A DNA stretch of 64,000 nt from an uncultured archaeon (lineage in GTDB: Archaea; Asgardarchaeota; Thorarchaeia; Thorarchaeales; Thorarchaeaceae): assembly GCA_964610875.1 (NCBI GenBank), contig CAZSWP010000002.1, forward strand, positions 52,531-116,530, read 5' to 3'. Below are positions 61,330-64,000 of this stretch, piece by piece. The notes beneath the pieces were generated by a model. The model did not search any database, was not told where the DNA came from, and saw only the letters and a list, made by a program, of their open reading frames with translations. Every line of letters begins with the position of its first letter. Position 1 is the stretch's first letter. A program made the translations under genes and the position numbers.

Positions 61330-63147
61330 GTGTATGGATATCGTGGCAAAATTCTGAGGGTTGATCTTACAGATGGGAGTATATCTCATCTTGATATTGA
61401 TACAGAACTCGCAAAGAAATTCCTAGGAGGAGCAGGATACGCAACACGACTGCTCTATGATATGGTTGGACCTGAAACGGACCCACTAAGTCCTGAGAAT
61501 CCATTGATCATGATGAATGGACCATTTTGTGGAACTATGGTTCCAACAGGGAGCAAGACTTCACTCTGCAGTAAATCGCCATATACTGGGATTCTGGGTT
61601 ATAGTACTTTTGGAGGTCATCTGGGTGCAGATCTTCGGTTTGCTGGATATGATGGATTGATTGTGGAAGGTGCATCTAAGACACCAGTATATATTCTAGT
61701 TGAAGACGACAAACTCACCATAAAAGACGCAGAACACATTTGGGGAAAGGACACACAAGAAACCTGGGATATAGTACGAACTGAAACAGGACATCGAAAC
61801 GCAGGAGTGGCAAGGATTGGAATTGCTGGAGAAAACCTTGTCAAATTTGCTAGTGTCATTGTAGACCATCAACGAGCAGCGGGAAGAACAGGATTAGGCG
61901 CTGTGATGGGTTCGAAGAAGCTCAAAGCGATTGTGGCGAAAGGTTCAGATCGGAAGATTCCCGTTGCTAATCCAGAGGGCTTACAATCACTTTGTAGGGC
62001 ATTGAATGAAGACAAAAAGGATGATCCCACATTCAAGATGTATAGCGATCTTGGTACTGCAGGATTCGTTGACATGGCTACACTGATGTATGGTTCACTA
62101 CCATCGGGATATTACACTGTGAGTGAATTTGATGCCTATGAGATTAGTGGTACAACACTCCGGGAGAGATACCTCACAGGAAAGAAAGCATGTTTCAGGT
62201 GTCCCATTGGTTGTGGACGGGATATTGAGATAAAAGAAGGAAAGTATGCTACAGGTAAATTCGCAGGACCCGAGCTCGAAGTCACAGGTACCATGGGAAC
62301 ACTGATACTTAACAACAATCTCGAAGCGTTAGCATTTGCCAGTCAGAAACTCGACCTACTCGGAATGGATACAATCTCAGCAGGCACAACAGTCGCGTTT
62401 GCATATTATCTCTTTCAGGAAGGAAAAATACAAAGTGAAGATTTAGATGGGATTGAACCAGAATGGGGAGATATTGACGCTGCGCTAGAATTGCTCGATA
62501 AGATGGCAAATCGAGAGGGAATAGGAGATGTCCTGGCAGAGGGGAGTGCTTTCTTTGGAAAGCACTTTGGAGTAGAAAATCTGGCAGCACAAGTTAATGG
62601 ATTAGAGATGCCAATGCACGACCCAAGAGCATTCTCTGGCATGGCCATTGGATACATGACTTCACCACGGGGAGCTTGCCACATGAGCGCCGATATGTAT
62701 AATGTGCAGATGGGTCAAACCAATGAAGCCTTTGGTATTGAGAGTGAGGACAGATTTGCCAATGAAGCTGAGATAGCAGCGAAATTGCAAAACTTCAGAT
62801 GCATTACGAATTCAGCTTTAATTTGTAATTTCTATCCCATATTTGCTGATGAGTTTCTGGAATTATTGAATCTAACAACGGGTTGGGATTACTCTTTAGA
62901 GTATCTGGAAAAGACCGGAGAGAGAATATTCACATTAATGAGGCTATTTAATATAAAAATGGGGTATAATCCTGAGAACGAACGTCTGCCTGATATCGTT
63001 CTGAAACCTATGGAAGGAGCTACAGAGGGACATGTCCCAGACACAGAAGCACAACTAGAAACTTGGTATAATTTCAGAGGTTGGGATAGAAAAACTGGTA
63101 CGCCTACAGAGAAGCATCTACAAGAACTTGGTCTTGAGTCCTTGTAA
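61330..63147 (+). CDS. aor: Aldehyde:ferredoxin oxidoreductase (tungsten AOR family)
   Basis: GY.GKILRVDL, KSPYTG, AAGRTGLGAVMGSKKLKA, CFRCPIGC, GMDTIS, HDPR, TSPRGACH. Confidence 0.92.
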   Translation: MYGYRGKILRVDLTDGSISHLDIDTELAKKFLGGAGYATRLLYDMVGPETDPLSPENPLIMMNGPFCGTMVPTGSKTSLCSKSPYTGILGYSTFGGHLGADLRFAGYDGLIVEGASKTPVYILVEDDKLTIKDAEHIWGKDTQETWDIVRTETGHRNAGVARIGIAGENLVKFASVIVDHQRAAGRTGLGAVMGSKKLKAIVAKGSDRKIPVANPEGLQSLCRALNEDKKDDPTFKMYSDLGTAGFVDMATLMYGSLPSGYYTVSEFDAYEISGTTLRERYLTGKKACFRCPIGCGRDIEIKEGKYATGKFAGPELEVTGTMGTLILNNNLEALAFASQKLDLLGMDTISAGTTVAFAYYLFQEGKIQSEDLDGIEPEWGDIDAALELLDKMANREGIGDVLAEGSAFFGKHFGVENLAAQVNGLEMPMHDPRAFSGMAIGYMTSPRGACHMSADMYNVQMGQTNEAFGIESEDRFANEAEIAAKLQNFRCITNSALICNFYPIFADEFLELLNLTTGWDYSLEYLEKTGERIFTLMRLFNIKMGYNPENERLPDIVLKPMEGATEGHVPDTEAQLETWYNFRGWDRKTGTPTEKHLQELGLESL

Positions 63148-63152
63148 TCCGA

Positions 63153-63998
63153 TCATATTCCGATCTTGAGGCCACTCACAACTTCCTTCAGCAAATCATA
63201 GAAGACAGTAACACTGGATATTTTCACTCGTTCATCAGGGGAGTGAGCATTCTCCATGTCAGGACCTATAGAAACCATTTGAATGCCAGGTATCTTTGCA
63301 CCTATTATACCACATTCGAGGCCAGCATGAATTGCTTCCACCTTTACTTCCTTGCCAAGTACATCTTCATACTTCTTCTTAACAAATCCTAGTAGTTCAC
63401 TTTGAGGGTCAGGTGACCACCCAGGATATGCCTTTTTGATTTGAACCTGCCACTCATATTCTTCTCCAACAAGCTGAAGAGAACTTCTAAAGTTCTCAAG
63501 CTCAGTGTCTACACTGCTACGAGTAGACATCTGCAGTTTCAGTTCATTTTCATCTATGGTAATTACTGCAACATTATGGGAAGTTTCAACAAGACCCTCT
63601 ACGCTGGGGGAGAAACTCACAGGACCATTATGGAGTACTTGTATTGTTTCAATTATTCGCCTTGATTCTTCAAATGGGAGGAGAGGAGATGATCCTACTT
63701 CTGACCATTCAATGGTAATATCTGGTTCGAGTATTTCACCATCAACATTCTTTCTGAGATAGTACTTGAGAATTTTATCTCTCTCATTCTGTAGAGTTTC
63801 TTTTGCTTTTTCGACATTCTCCCTCGAAATTCCCACAATTGCTTCTGAACTCCTAGGTATGGCATTTCTCTTACTTCCACCAGTCCATGAAGCTAAAGAT
63901 GGTTTTAGATGAAGGATAGAGGATAATAATCGTGCGAGTAGTTTGTTTGCGTTGCCGCGATGTTTGTGTATGTCAACCCCGGAGTGTCCACCGTGAAG
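63153..63998 (-). CDS. pepD: Aminoacyl-histidine dipeptidase (M20C), 5' end outside the window
   Basis: LHGGHSGVDIH..RGNANK at the window edge, VETSHN, RSS, YPGW.PD, IHAGLECG, SIGP....HSPDE. Confidence 0.9.
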   Translation of the reverse strand, partial: LHGGHSGVDIHKHRGNANKLLARLLSSILHLKPSLASWTGGSKRNAIPRSSEAIVGISRENVEKAKETLQNERDKILKYYLRKNVDGEILEPDITIEWSEVGSSPLLPFEESRRIIETIQVLHNGPVSFSPSVEGLVETSHNVAVITIDENELKLQMSTRSSVDTELENFRSSLQLVGEEYEWQVQIKKAYPGWSPDPQSELLGFVKKKYEDVLGKEVKVEAIHAGLECGIIGAKIPGIQMVSIGPDMENAHSPDERVKISSVTVFYDLLKEVVSGLKIGI

Positions 63999-64000
63999 GC

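Overview
Archaeal chromosomal window, most likely from an Asgard archaeon (Thorarchaeia-like). This is inferred from TATA-type promoters, a tungsten-type AOR, a longin-domain protein, a Vps62-like protein and several TPR proteins; no phylogeny was run. In order, it holds: galT-galK-GH38 mannosidase-Vps62-like; a hisGDCBHAFI operon lacking hisE; nadB; a longin fusion; a degenerate six-hairpin glycosidase; a ~16.5-kb cell-surface operon; a PLP enzyme/GNAT/Ddl-like/MurL-like cluster; accessory membrane and GNAT genes; pepF; a PHP protein; an SCP2-SCP2-NMO/FabK-FeADH-AOR operon; and a partial pepD. The cell-surface operon encodes an ABC-2 permease, an ABC ATPase with TrmB-like sugar-sensor repeats, a subtilase lacking its catalytic Ser fused to a GIFT-like domain and TM, a second ABC ATPase with a non-canonical start, a 2252-aa propeller/Ca-repeat adhesin and a TPR protein. 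Two signals stand out. (1) A family of ~187-bp non-coding, GGT-bounded elements with conserved ends, an internal TATA box and a variable structured core; one copy splits the NMO/FabK gene cleanly. (2) The ABC/pseudo-protease/adhesin operon. No rRNA, tRNA, CRISPR array or transposase was recognised.
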